Notes: generated by a model not told the origin, from the letters alone. A DNA stretch of 64,000 nucleotides from an uncultured Actinomycetes bacterium (GCA_963840235.1 CAWIYC010000003.1:456927-520926); one strand, 5' to 3'; numbered from the stretch's first letter, positions 17,440-26,815 are shown. Made by a program: numbers and translations.

Positions 17440-19064
17440 ACGGGTTGCCGCGGCGAGATTCGAAGTGGTGGGGCTGGGGCGACCCCGCGATCGAGCCCGA
17501 GATCGACACCGAGGCCCTGGCCGTACTGCGGGCGGAGATCGGCGAGGTCGAGCCGGCTGCCAGGCCGGAGTCGGTGGACGACGTCGAGTTGCCGCCCGCG
17601 AGGCCGGTGCCCGAAGCGGTGACGGCGGCAGTCGGCGGGGATTGGGTGCTGTGCGGCATCGAGGATCGCGTGCGGCACGCCGCCGGGAGGGGGTACGCGG
17701 ATCTCGCCCGGCTGCGCTCCGGCAGGCTCGAGGCCGCACCCGACGCGGTCGTGCTTCCGGCCGACGCGGCTCAGCTTCGGGCTGTCCTGGATGCCTGCTC
17801 GCAGGAGGGGGTCGCGGTGGTTCCCTTCGGCGGCGGCACCAGCGTCGTCGGCGGGGTCGAGCCGCTACGGGGCCGGCACGAGAGCCTGATCAGCCTCGAC
17901 CTCGGCCGGCTGAGGGAGGTCTCGACCGACCCCCGCTGCCTCACCGCAAGGCTCGGCGCCGGGCTTCGCGGACCCGAGGCCGAGACAGCGCTGGGGCGCG
18001 AGGGACTGACCCTCGGCCACTTCCCCCAGTCGTTCGAGTACGCGACCATCGGCGGCTTTGCCGCGACCCGTTCCGCCGGCCAGGCCTCGAGCGGCTACGG
18101 GCGCTTCGACGCGCTCGTCTCCAGCGTCCGCCTGCTCGCCCCGGCGGGGGAGATGCACACGCTCGAGACCCCCCACAGCGCCGCCGGCCCCGCCCTGCGG
18201 GAGCTGATCGTGGGCTCCGAGGGGACGATCGGCGTCATTCCCGATGTCAGTGTCCGCGTGCGCCCGGCCCCGGCCGAGCGCCGCTACGAGGCCTGGATGG
18301 CCGAGAGCTTCGACGACGGGGCGGAGATCGTCCGCGCGATGGCCCAGGACGGCGCTCTCCCCGACGTCATCCGCGTATCTGATGAGGAGGAGACCCGAGT
18401 ATCGCTCGCCCTCTCGGGACCGAGGGGGGCGGCACGGTCGCTTTTCCAGGGCTACCTCGGCCTCCGCAGGCGTCGGGGAGGCTGTCTGATGATCGTCGGC
18501 GTCGAAGGCGAGCCGGAGTCGGTGGCGCGTCGCCGGGCCCTGACGGTTCGGAAGCTCCGCGCCGGGGGCGCCGCCTATCTAGGCCAGGGCGCCGGACGCT
18601 CCTGGGAGCAGGGCCGCTACCACGGCCCCTATCTGCGCGACACGCTGATGGATCTCGGTTGCATGGTCGAGACGCTGGAGACCTCGCACACCTGGTCGCG
18701 GCTGAGTGAGCTGCACCGATCGGTCGGCGGCGCGATCCGCTCCTCACTCTCCGGGCAGGGGACTTCCGGGCTCGTCTTCTGCCACCTCTCCCACGCCTAT
18801 CCCGACGGCGCCTCGCTCTATTTCACCTTCATCTCCCGCGCCCTCTCCGGCCGCGAGATCGAGCAGTGGGCGAAGGTCAAGCGCGCGGCCAGCGAGGCGA
18901 TCGTCGCCGCCGGGGCGACCATCACCCACCACCATGCAGTCGGCCGTGACCACGCCCCCTACATGGAGGCCGAGGTCGGGACCCTCGGCCTCGACGCCCT
19001 GCGGGCGGTGAAGGAGCGCCTCGACCCGGAGGGGATCATGAACCCGGGCAAGCTGCTGGTCTGA
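17436..19064 (+). CDS. FAD-linked oxidase, alkylglycerone-phosphate synthase (AGPS)-like
   Basis: It has an N-terminal KWWGWG motif, VVPFGGGTSVVGG in the FAD-binding PCMH domain, and HHHAVGRDH plus a NPGKLL C-terminus. The GTGA start overlaps the SRPBCC gene stop. Confidence 0.85.
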   Translation: MNGLPRRDSKWWGWGDPAIEPEIDTEALAVLRAEIGEVEPAARPESVDDVELPPARPVPEAVTAAVGGDWVLCGIEDRVRHAAGRGYADLARLRSGRLEAAPDAVVLPADAAQLRAVLDACSQEGVAVVPFGGGTSVVGGVEPLRGRHESLISLDLGRLREVSTDPRCLTARLGAGLRGPEAETALGREGLTLGHFPQSFEYATIGGFAATRSAGQASSGYGRFDALVSSVRLLAPAGEMHTLETPHSAAGPALRELIVGSEGTIGVIPDVSVRVRPAPAERRYEAWMAESFDDGAEIVRAMAQDGALPDVIRVSDEEETRVSLALSGPRGAARSLFQGYLGLRRRRGGCLMIVGVEGEPESVARRRALTVRKLRAGGAAYLGQGAGRSWEQGRYHGPYLRDTLMDLGCMVETLETSHTWSRLSELHRSVGGAIRSSLSGQGTSGLVFCHLSHAYPDGASLYFTFISRALSGREIEQWAKVKRAASEAIVAAGATITHHHAVGRDHAPYMEAEVGTLGLDALRAVKERLDPEGIMNPGKLLV

Positions 19065-19092
19065 GAACCCCATCCCGCCCGGCGGCGGCGTC

Positions 19093-20121
19093 CTAGCCGC
19101 CCTCCTGGCCGGTGGCGCCAGTCGGGCCGGTGGCCCGGTTGGCGGCGCCGACGAGGGGGCCGGTGATGTCGCCCCGCATGACGCTGGTCCCGGTCAGGGC
19201 GGGCAGCGTCTTGCTCCTGCGAGCGGCGGCGAGGGCGGCCCTGTAGTCGGCATCCGCGGTGAGAGTGACGTCGATCTGCTTGAAAGTGCCGTTGGCGACC
19301 AGCGCCACCGCCTCGGCCGGGACCTGGAGCTGGGTCACTGCCCGGCCCCTGTTGTCGACGACGAAGCCGCCGACCCGCAGGGCGAGCTTGTCGGACTTAT
19401 AGAGCCATACGTAGTAGGTGTCACCCTTGGAGAGCTGGTCGAGACCTATCGTCGTGACCTGGATCACCGGCACCCTCCTCACCTGCGCGAACAGGGCCAC
19501 CCCGCGGCCGCTGCCGCCGTCGAGAGGGCGCAGAACCGCTTTCGTCACCTGATCGCCGTTGGCGGCTGTTGTCGAGGTCGAGCCCTCTCCGGTCGTGCTC
19601 GAGCCGGAGCCGCCCCCGCCACCATCGAATGCGCCGCCGACGACCAGCGCGACCGCGATCAGCACCGCCACCCCGGCCAGCAGGCCTGCGATCACCCTCC
19701 GCTGGCGGCCGCTGAGGGAGCCGGGGGCGGCCGGAATCTTGGCCGCGGGGCGCTCCTGTCCGGCGGCAGCCTTGCGCGCCGGTCGCGGAGCCTGCGCCCG
19801 GGGAAGGTCGGGAAGCTGCGCACCCGGGGCGAGAAGGCGCAGCTGCGCCTCCAGCTTGCCGGCGAGCGCGTTGGCGTCGGAGTCGGCCTGGAGGTGGCGG
19901 GCGGCGTCCGCGCGCCCTATCGGATCTGCCTGTCCGAGCAGGTAGTCGGTGAGGCCAACCTCGCGGTCAGGGTCTTCCCCGGCGATCTCGGTCAGGGCGG
20001 CGCGGGCCCGGGCGCGGACGTCATCCACCCCGAGGCCGAGCAGGGAGGCGATGTCCTCGTAGCTCTGTCCGCGCTGCAGCAGCAACTGCAGCATCGCTCT
20101 CTGGTCCTCGCTCAACGGCAC
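19093..20121 (-). CDS. Membrane protein with a sigma-70 region-4-like HTH, one TM segment and an RskA-like extracytoplasmic domain
   Basis: The N-terminus is LSEDQRAMLQLLLQRGQSYEDIASLLGLGVDDVRARARAAL. The TM segment is VIAGLLAGVAVLIAVALVVGG. The C-terminal part (GDTYYVWLY...VGGFVVDNRGRA...IDVTL) resembles the anti-sigma-K RskA C-terminal domain. Confidence 0.7.
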   Translation of the reverse strand: MPLSEDQRAMLQLLLQRGQSYEDIASLLGLGVDDVRARARAALTEIAGEDPDREVGLTDYLLGQADPIGRADAARHLQADSDANALAGKLEAQLRLLAPGAQLPDLPRAQAPRPARKAAAGQERPAAKIPAAPGSLSGRQRRVIAGLLAGVAVLIAVALVVGGAFDGGGGGSGSSTTGEGSTSTTAANGDQVTKAVLRPLDGGSGRGVALFAQVRRVPVIQVTTIGLDQLSKGDTYYVWLYKSDKLALRVGGFVVDNRGRAVTQLQVPAEAVALVANGTFKQIDVTLTADADYRAALAAARRSKTLPALTGTSVMRGDITGPLVGAANRATGPTGATGQEGG

Positions 20122-20171
20122 GGCCGGACAGCCTACGCACTCGCGTCCGAAGGTGTTTAGGCTGCCTCGCG

Positions 20172-20570
20172 ATGTCAGAATTGAAGCTCGTCGCCTCGCC
20201 CTTCGACGAACTGATCGGCACCGAGTGGCTCGACGACGACCCCGACCACGCCCGGGCCAGGATCCGGATGCGAGATGACCTGCGCCAGCCGGTGGGGCTC
20301 CTGCACGGCGGCGTCGTCTCGACCCTGGTCGAGAGCGTCTGCTCGCGCTCGACCGCGCTCGCCGTCCATGCCGACGGCATGATGGCGATGGGCCAGTCGA
20401 TCGACATCACCTTCCTGCGGCCGACCACCGAGGGGCACATCGAGGTGGAGGCGAGGGCCCGTCACCGCGGCCGCACCACCTGGGTCTGGGACGCAGAGGT
20501 TCACAACTCCGCCGGCAAGCTCTGCGCCCTGGCCCGGATGACTGTCGTCGTGCGGCCGCTTCCGGCCTGA
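20172..20570 (+). CDS. PaaI-family hotdog thioesterase
   Basis: NPVGLLHGGV-type motif (QPVGLLHGGVVSTLVES), 132 aa, with a typical hotdog-fold layout. Confidence 0.85.
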   Translation: MSELKLVASPFDELIGTEWLDDDPDHARARIRMRDDLRQPVGLLHGGVVSTLVESVCSRSTALAVHADGMMAMGQSIDITFLRPTTEGHIEVEARARHRGRTTWVWDAEVHNSAGKLCALARMTVVVRPLPA

Positions 20571-20607
20571 GCGCCTCGCCCAGCCTAAACCCGGTTCCGA
20601 GCCCGGA

Positions 20608-22299
20608 TCAACCGCGAAAGCGGTTGGTGATCGGCAGGCGCCGGTCGCGCCCGAACGCCTTCGGCGTGATCCTGATCCCGGGCGGCGCCTGGCGCCGCTT
20701 GTACTCGGCCCGGTCGACCATCCGGATCACCTCCTCGACGACGCCGGCGGGCATCCCGGCGGCGACCATCTCCTCGCTGCCCTGGTCGCGTTCGACGTAG
20801 GCCTCGAGGATGCGGTCGAGCAGCTCGTAGGGGGGCAGCGAGTCCTCGTCGAGCTGGCCGGGTCGCAGCTCGGCTGAGGGGGCGCGGTCAATCACCGAGG
20901 CCGGCACCAGCTCGCGGCCGGCGCGCCGGTTGCGGTGGCGCGCGAGTTGGTAGACGAGCGTCTTGGGGACGTCCTTGATCACCGCGAACCCGCCCGCCAT
21001 GTCGCCGTAGAGCGTCGCGTAACCGACGGACATCTCGCTCTTATTACCGGTTGTCAGCACCAGCCAACCGTGCTTGTTGGAGAGCGCCATCATCAGGTTG
21101 CCGCGGATCCGCGCCTGGATGTTCTCGGCCGCGAGGTCGGGCTCGGAGGGCCGGGCGGGATCCCTGGGCAGCCCTTCCCTGGCGCCGGGAGGCGGGGCGG
21201 TGGCGCCGAACGGACCACGCAGGGCCTGCTCGTAGCTGGTCATCATCGGCTCGATCGGGATCTCGATCATCTGGGTGCCGAGGTTGGCGGCGATCGTCCT
21301 CGCGTCGCCCTGGGTCCCGGAGCTGGAGTGGGGGGAAGGCATGACGACGCAGCTGACGTTCCCGGGGCCGACGGCGTCGCAGGCGATCATCGCCACCAGG
21401 GCGGAGTCGATTCCGCCCGAGAGGCCGATGCCGACATGGCGGAAGCCGTTCTTGCCGATGTAATCGCGGAGGCCCAGCACCAGCGCCGCGTAGACCTCGT
21501 CGAGCTCGGGGAGGGAGGCGGGGGGCGGGGCCTGGCCGGCGCCGGGGACCGTGGAGATGAGCAACTCTTCCTCGAACTGAGCCGCCCGCGCCAGGATCGA
21601 GCCGTCGGGCGCGAACAGGATGCTGTCGCCATCGAAGACCAGCTCGTCCTGGCCGCCGACGAGGTTGGCGAAGGCGAAGTGGGCGCCGTAGGCGCCGGCG
21701 CGATCGCCGAACATCTGCTCGCGCTCGCGGCCCTTGCCACGGTGATAGGGCGAGCCGGAGGGGTTGACGATCAGCGCCGCCCCGGCCTCCGCCTCGAGCG
21801 AGGCCGGAGGCCCCTCGACCCAGCAGTCCTCGCAGATGGTGAGGCCGATCGGGACCCCGCCGACGTCGATCATCGCCGGCTCGGCACCTGGCTCGAAGTA
21901 GCGCTGCTCGTCGAAGACCGCATAGTTGGGCAGCCGGTTCTTGCGGTAGACGAGCTGCACGGCGCCGTCGGCGAGGACGCCGAGCGAATTGGAGACACGC
22001 CTGCCGGCGGGGCCGGGCGTGATCGGCTCGGCGAAGCCGACCAGGGCGACGATTCCCTCGGTCCCGGCGGCCAGCTCTTCCAGCGCCCGCACATTCGCCT
22101 CGACGAAATGGCGCTTGAGGTAGAGGTCCTCGGCGGGGTACCCGGGGAGGCAGAGCTCGGGGAAGACGACGAGGTCGGCGCCGCGATCGCGGGCGGCTCC
22201 GATCCACTCGGCGATCTTGGCAGCGTTCCCCTCGATGTCCCCCACCGTCGGGTTGATCTGGGCGAGGGCAACCGTCAGTGGGGAGAGCTCGGCATTCAT
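20608..22299 (-). CDS. nadE: Glutamine-dependent NAD+ synthetase
   Basis: An N-terminal CN-hydrolase domain (LVVFPELCLPGYPAEDL, LTICEDCW) is followed by a C-terminal NAD synthetase domain (GLSGGIDSALVA, TGNKSEMSVGYATLYGD). The ATG at 22299 is chosen; the longer ORF extension is Arg/Pro-rich. Confidence 0.92.
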   Translation of the reverse strand: MNAELSPLTVALAQINPTVGDIEGNAAKIAEWIGAARDRGADLVVFPELCLPGYPAEDLYLKRHFVEANVRALEELAAGTEGIVALVGFAEPITPGPAGRRVSNSLGVLADGAVQLVYRKNRLPNYAVFDEQRYFEPGAEPAMIDVGGVPIGLTICEDCWVEGPPASLEAEAGAALIVNPSGSPYHRGKGREREQMFGDRAGAYGAHFAFANLVGGQDELVFDGDSILFAPDGSILARAAQFEEELLISTVPGAGQAPPPASLPELDEVYAALVLGLRDYIGKNGFRHVGIGLSGGIDSALVAMIACDAVGPGNVSCVVMPSPHSSSGTQGDARTIAANLGTQMIEIPIEPMMTSYEQALRGPFGATAPPPGAREGLPRDPARPSEPDLAAENIQARIRGNLMMALSNKHGWLVLTTGNKSEMSVGYATLYGDMAGGFAVIKDVPKTLVYQLARHRNRRAGRELVPASVIDRAPSAELRPGQLDEDSLPPYELLDRILEAYVERDQGSEEMVAAGMPAGVVEEVIRMVDRAEYKRRQAPPGIRITPKAFGRDRRLPITNRFRG

Positions 22300-22361
22300 C
22301 GGCTGGACGGTATCGTCACAGCCGCAACCGCCCGACCTCGTGCGGGTTATATGTCTGAGCA

Positions 22362-23915
22362 ATGCGAGTCCGCCGGCCAACCGCCATTCCACTCGCGCTG
22401 GCGGCCCTCTCGCTAAGCGCAGCCTCCGTTCCGGCGGTGGCGTCCGCGCACCCCTCGCGCGCCTCGGTCTCGCAGGCGAGGATCTCCGATCGGACCGGCG
22501 CCCGGCTGATCCACCGGGCCAAGGCGCTTTTGAGCCCTGCCGGCAACGCCGGTGCCCGCGCCTCGGCGGCCGGCGCTCCCCACGGCGAGCTGACGTCGGT
22601 GCTGCTCCGGCTCGCCAGAGCGCTGCCAAGCCTGCCGCCGGCCCAGCGCCGGGCGGTGCGCGGCCTGCTCTCGCGCCCCACCGACAGCCCCGACCCCGAC
22701 GGCGAGTCCTATCCGCAGGCTGCGATTCCCTTCCTCACCTCCGATTGCACAGCCCACTTCTGCGTTCACTGGATCAACAACGCCGGCTTCGCCGACGCCC
22801 CCGATCTCGCCGACCTCTCCCCGCCAAACGGCGTCCCCGACTATGTCGACGAGGTCGAGGGGGTGGCGGAGAACGTCTACGCGACCGAGAACGGCTCGCT
22901 CGGCTGGCGGGCCCCGAAGCCCGACGGGGACCTGGGCGGCAACTCCAAGGTCGACATCTACCTGGCCGAGATCGGCGACTCGCTGTTCGGCTACGCCAAC
23001 ACCGATCCCGGTCAGATCGGCCGCAGGCGCTTCGCCTACCTGGTCATAGACGACGACTACGCAGCATCGCAGTTTCCAGGGACCACGCCCCTGACCGACA
23101 TCGAGGTCACGCTCGCCCACGAGTACAACCACGTGCTCCAGTTCGGCTATGACACCTTCCAGGACGTCTGGTTCCTGGAATCGAGCGCGACCTGGATGGA
23201 GGACCAGGTCTACGGCGCGGTCGACGACTACGTCCGCTACCTGCGGCGCTGGAACAGCCGGGCCAAGATCCCGATCACGCAGGACAACATCAAGATGTAC
23301 GGCTCCGCCGTCTGGAACCACTGGCTCTCGCGCCGTTACGGCCAATCGATCGTCCGCTCGGCCTGGCAGAGGGCGCTCAACGTGCGTCCCGCGGCCTTCT
23401 CGGTCGCTTCCTATGACGCCGCCATCACCTCCGCCGGCACCTCGGACTTCACCCTCGACTTCGCCCGCTTCGCCCGGGACCTGGCCGAGTGGCACACCGA
23501 CACCGCCTTCCCCGAGGGCGACCTCTACCCCGACGTCCAGCGACAGGGGCACCTCCCCCTCAACGGGGCAAAGAGGGTGCGCCGCCTCGACCACACCACC
23601 TACAGGCTGCTGCGGGTGAGGCCCGTCACGGCGACGAGGCTGCGGATCGACGCCAGTGGGGAGGCCGGGGTGGCGACGGCGGTCGCCGTCGTCGGGCGGA
23701 TCGGCACCGAGGCCGCCGGCACGGTGGTCTCCGATATCGCGCTGAAGCGCCGCGGCGGACCGATGTCGGTGACTCTGAGCCGGCCGCAGCGCTTCGACCG
23801 GATCACCGCGGTTCTAGTCAACGCCGACGCCCGGATCGACGACTTCGGCGGGTCCGATTGGCATTACACCGGTAACGGCGCATCGATCGCCGCCAGGGCG
23901 GAGCTGATCCGCTGA
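22362..23915 (+). CDS. Secreted putative zinc metalloprotease (HEXXH)
   Basis: The signal peptide is MRVRRPTAIPLALAALSLSAASVPAVASA. There is a single HEYNH motif followed by FLESSATWMEDQ. The precise family is not assigned. Confidence 0.72.
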   Translation: MRVRRPTAIPLALAALSLSAASVPAVASAHPSRASVSQARISDRTGARLIHRAKALLSPAGNAGARASAAGAPHGELTSVLLRLARALPSLPPAQRRAVRGLLSRPTDSPDPDGESYPQAAIPFLTSDCTAHFCVHWINNAGFADAPDLADLSPPNGVPDYVDEVEGVAENVYATENGSLGWRAPKPDGDLGGNSKVDIYLAEIGDSLFGYANTDPGQIGRRRFAYLVIDDDYAASQFPGTTPLTDIEVTLAHEYNHVLQFGYDTFQDVWFLESSATWMEDQVYGAVDDYVRYLRRWNSRAKIPITQDNIKMYGSAVWNHWLSRRYGQSIVRSAWQRALNVRPAAFSVASYDAAITSAGTSDFTLDFARFARDLAEWHTDTAFPEGDLYPDVQRQGHLPLNGAKRVRRLDHTTYRLLRVRPVTATRLRIDASGEAGVATAVAVVGRIGTEAAGTVVSDIALKRRGGPMSVTLSRPQRFDRITAVLVNADARIDDFGGSDWHYTGNGASIAARAELIR

Positions 23916-23927
23916 CCGGCGGGGTGC

Positions 23928-24413
23928 TCAGGCCTCCAGCCAGCGCTCGACCACGACCACGTCCTTCCACTCGCCACGGAGCTGGCTGTGGCGGTGGTGG
24001 GTGCCGACCTCGCGATATCCGCAGGCGCCGAACAGCGCCAGGCTTGGCCCGTTGGTGGCGAAGATCTTGGCCACCAGCTTGTGCCGGCCGCCGGATTGAG
24101 CCCCCGCGGCGAGCGCCTCGAGCAGGGCGCGCCCGGCCCCCCGCCGCCGATAATGCGGGTCGACGTAGAGGGTGACCTCGCCGACGCCGGAGTAGTAGTC
24201 GTGGAGGGGATCGTAGTCGCTGACCCAGCCAGCGCCGACCACCTCGCCATCCTCCTCGGCGACCAGGAACAGCTCCCTGGCGCCGATCCGCCTCTTGAAC
24301 GCGTCGGCCTTCAGCGGCGTCGCCTGGAACGTGGCGGACCCCTCGGCCACGCCATGGCCGTAGACGGCGGCGATCGCGCCCGCATCCTCGCGGGTGGCTC
24401 GGCGGATCAGCAC
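23928..24413 (-). CDS. GNAT N-acetyltransferase, phosphinothricin/L-amino-acid acetyltransferase-like
   Basis: IRRATREDAGAIAAVYGHGVAEGSATF plus the acetyl-CoA motif RRRGAGRALLEAL. The GTG start at 24413 overlaps the upstream gene by 7 nt. Confidence 0.8.
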   Translation of the reverse strand: MLIRRATREDAGAIAAVYGHGVAEGSATFQATPLKADAFKRRIGARELFLVAEEDGEVVGAGWVSDYDPLHDYYSGVGEVTLYVDPHYRRRGAGRALLEALAAGAQSGGRHKLVAKIFATNGPSLALFGACGYREVGTHHRHSQLRGEWKDVVVVERWLEA

Positions 24414-25132
24414 GGACGGGGGGCGTAGTCGCCGATCTCGAGCGCGTGACGGCGCAGCCACTCCGCCTGCTCGTGCCAACCGGGGCGGGCCCCTGCCAGA
24501 AGCCCCCAGAAGGCGCTGGAGTGGTTGTGGACGCGCAGGTGGCAGAGCTCGTGGACGACGACGTAGTCGAGCACCCGCGGTGGGCAGATGACGAGCCTCC
24601 ACGAGAACGAGATCGTGCCGGCCGCCGAGCACGAGCCCCAGCGGGTGCGCGGATCACGGATCGAGATCCTCCCCGGCCGCACCCCCAGTGCCTCGGCCTC
24701 GCGCGCGGTTGCCTCGGAAAGCCGGCTGCGGGCCTCTCGCCGATACCAGCGGCCGATCGCGGCGCCGGCCTCCTCTGGGCGGCCGCCGACGTGGAGCCGG
24801 CCCCGACCGAGAATTGCCACCGGGCGCCCGCGCTTGCCGATCTCGACCGGGACCGGCTCCCCCGCCAGCCAGACGACCCCGGGGCGGTCCAGCCCGAGCA
24901 CCCGCGGGCGTTCAGCCTCGGACCGTGCCCAGGCCGACTTCTCGGCGATCCATTCTTGGTTGGAGGCGATGACCCGGTCCACCTCGCGATCGCTCATCCG
25001 CTCCGGCACGACGATCTCGAGCGGTCGCCGTGGCCCGACCCAGAGCCGTGCCCGGCGCGCCCGCGGAGACTCGCGCACACGAAGCTCGACGGCGCGGCCG
25101 TCGATCCGCAGTTGCCTCGTCGCCCGCCGCAT
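24407..25132 (-). CDS. YgjP-like (DUF45/M48-type) metal-dependent hydrolase
   Basis: RTRWGSCSAAGTISFSWRL and VVVHELCHLRVHNHSSAFW are diagnostic of the DUF45 family. Confidence 0.8.
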   Translation of the reverse strand: MRRATRQLRIDGRAVELRVRESPRARRARLWVGPRRPLEIVVPERMSDREVDRVIASNQEWIAEKSAWARSEAERPRVLGLDRPGVVWLAGEPVPVEIGKRGRPVAILGRGRLHVGGRPEEAGAAIGRWYRREARSRLSEATAREAEALGVRPGRISIRDPRTRWGSCSAAGTISFSWRLVICPPRVLDYVVVHELCHLRVHNHSSAFWGLLAGARPGWHEQAEWLRRHALEIGDYAPRPC

Positions 25133-25201
25133 CGAGCGCAGCAGGATCGCAGCGGCGGCGGATGGCGCCGCTAGGCGTGCGCCCGCGGAGGCGCCGGAGA
25201 G

Positions 25202-26647
25202 CTAGCCGGTCGCCGCAGCCGGCTTCCTCGCCGCGCCCTTCGCCTTGCCCCTGCGCGCCTTCGACTTCGGGGTCGCGGCCGAGATCTCCTCGATCGCGGC
25301 CTCGAGGTCGAGGCCAAAGCTGTCGAGGTCGGCCATCGCGTCGAAATCGCCGATCAGGCCGAAGTTGATCTGGCCGTTATAGGACATGATCCCGATGCAG
25401 AGGGCCTGGCGCTGGGCCAGCGGGACCATCGGGAAGATCGACTCCATCTCGCGGCCGAGCATGAAGAGGGCAATCTGGGGGCCCGGCACGTTGGTCACGA
25501 CCAGGTTGAAGAAGCGCTGGCGCGGCGTCAGCCGGGCCGCCTGGGCGGCGATCGTCGGCGGCGCGAAGTCGGTCATCTGGGTCAGAAGCTGGGCGCCGAC
25601 CGCCTGGCCCGATGTCTTCAGGTCGCCCATCGAGGCGGTGGTCAGGTGCAGGCGCTCGACCGGGTCCTCGCACCAGACCGGCAGCGGCGCCATCATCGCG
25701 GCGACGCGGTTGCCCAGCGCGCCGTGCTCGTCCTCGGAGCGGACGCTGACCGGGACCATCGCCCTCATCTCCAGCTCGCTGGTGTCGTGGCCACGGGCAC
25801 GGAGGTAGTTGCCCAGCGCCCCGGTGACGGTCGAGAGGACGACGTCGTTGACGGTGCCGCCATGCTCGTTCTTGATCCGCTTGAACTCGCTGATGTCGGC
25901 GCGGACGAAGGCGAAACGCCGGTGAGGCCCGATGTCGACGTTCAGCGGTGACGGCGGGGCCGACATCCCGGCGCCGATCATCTTCCCCGCAGCTCCCGCC
26001 CCGCCGAGGACCTGGGAGGCGACCTGGCGCGGCCCCCGCAGCACGGCACGGACCCCGCGCACGAACTCGGCCGGGCTGGTCGCCCGCTCGAGCAGAGAAT
26101 CGGCGAGCAGCTTCGCCGGGCTCGGCTCGGGCCTCGGCAGCCACTCCGGTCCGGCCCCCGGGGGGGTCTCGGGCTCACGTGCCGTGTCGAAGAGGACATG
26201 GGTGATATCGACACCCGAGACGCCGTCGACGAGCGCGTGATGACTCTTGGTGATGAGGGCGAAGCGGTCACCTTCAAGGCCCTCGGCCAGCCACATCTCC
26301 CACAACGGCTTCGAGCGGTCGAGCTGCTGGGAGAAGATGCGGGCGGCGAGAATCCGTAGCTGTTCCTCACTCCCAGGCGGCGGCAGCGCGGTCTGTCGGA
26401 TGTGGTAGTCGAGGTTGAGGTGGGGGTCGTCGACCCAGACCGGCCGGCCCTGCGCCAGGGGTACGAAACGGAGCTTCTGGCGGAAGCGGGGGACGAGGTG
26501 CAGGCGCGAGGCGATGTGGTCGCGCAACTCCTCGTGGCTGGGCGCGGGGCCCTCCATGATGATCGTCGAGGCCACGTGCATATGGGCTCCGGCGCGCTCC
26601 ATGTGAAGGAACGACGAGTCGAGTCCGGTGAGGCGATCCTCGCTCAC
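25202..26647 (-). CDS. Wax ester synthase / diacylglycerol acyltransferase (WS/DGAT)
   Basis: It has the HHALVDGVSG active-site motif (HHxxxDG), NVPGP, and a C-terminal SYNGQINFGL block. 481 aa. Confidence 0.9.
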   Translation of the reverse strand: MSEDRLTGLDSSFLHMERAGAHMHVASTIIMEGPAPSHEELRDHIASRLHLVPRFRQKLRFVPLAQGRPVWVDDPHLNLDYHIRQTALPPPGSEEQLRILAARIFSQQLDRSKPLWEMWLAEGLEGDRFALITKSHHALVDGVSGVDITHVLFDTAREPETPPGAGPEWLPRPEPSPAKLLADSLLERATSPAEFVRGVRAVLRGPRQVASQVLGGAGAAGKMIGAGMSAPPSPLNVDIGPHRRFAFVRADISEFKRIKNEHGGTVNDVVLSTVTGALGNYLRARGHDTSELEMRAMVPVSVRSEDEHGALGNRVAAMMAPLPVWCEDPVERLHLTTASMGDLKTSGQAVGAQLLTQMTDFAPPTIAAQAARLTPRQRFFNLVVTNVPGPQIALFMLGREMESIFPMVPLAQRQALCIGIMSYNGQINFGLIGDFDAMADLDSFGLDLEAAIEEISAATPKSKARRGKAKGAARKPAAATG

Positions 26648-26691
26648 GGACGGATTTTCTCACAAGCGCGGTCGGGCGTGGCAACGAGGTG

Positions 26692-26715
26692 CAAACCGCT
26701 CTGGCAAGCGGTTTG
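26692..26715. repeat. 9-bp perfect inverted repeat CAAACCGCT-N6-AGCGGTTTG in a divergent promoter region
   Basis: Read directly from the sequence. It lies between the WS/DGAT start (26647) and the CRP-like site. Confidence 0.6.
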
Positions 26716-26741
26716 GGCGCCATTGTGCAGGACCGCCCCCG

Positions 26742-26757
26742 TGTGACAGCGGTCACA
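26742..26757. promoter_or_regulatory. Perfect CRP/GlxR-type palindrome TGTGA-CAGCGG-TCACA
   Basis: The sequence gTGTGACAGCGGTCACAc at 26741-26758 matches both half-sites of the TGTGA-N6-TCACA consensus exactly. It lies about 60-75 nt upstream of the riboswitch start. Confidence 0.5.
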
Positions 26758-26815
26758 CAGGGGCATCCAACCCCTCCCTACGGTGTTCGGTCTCGAACAT
26801 ACGTACGAACCCGAT

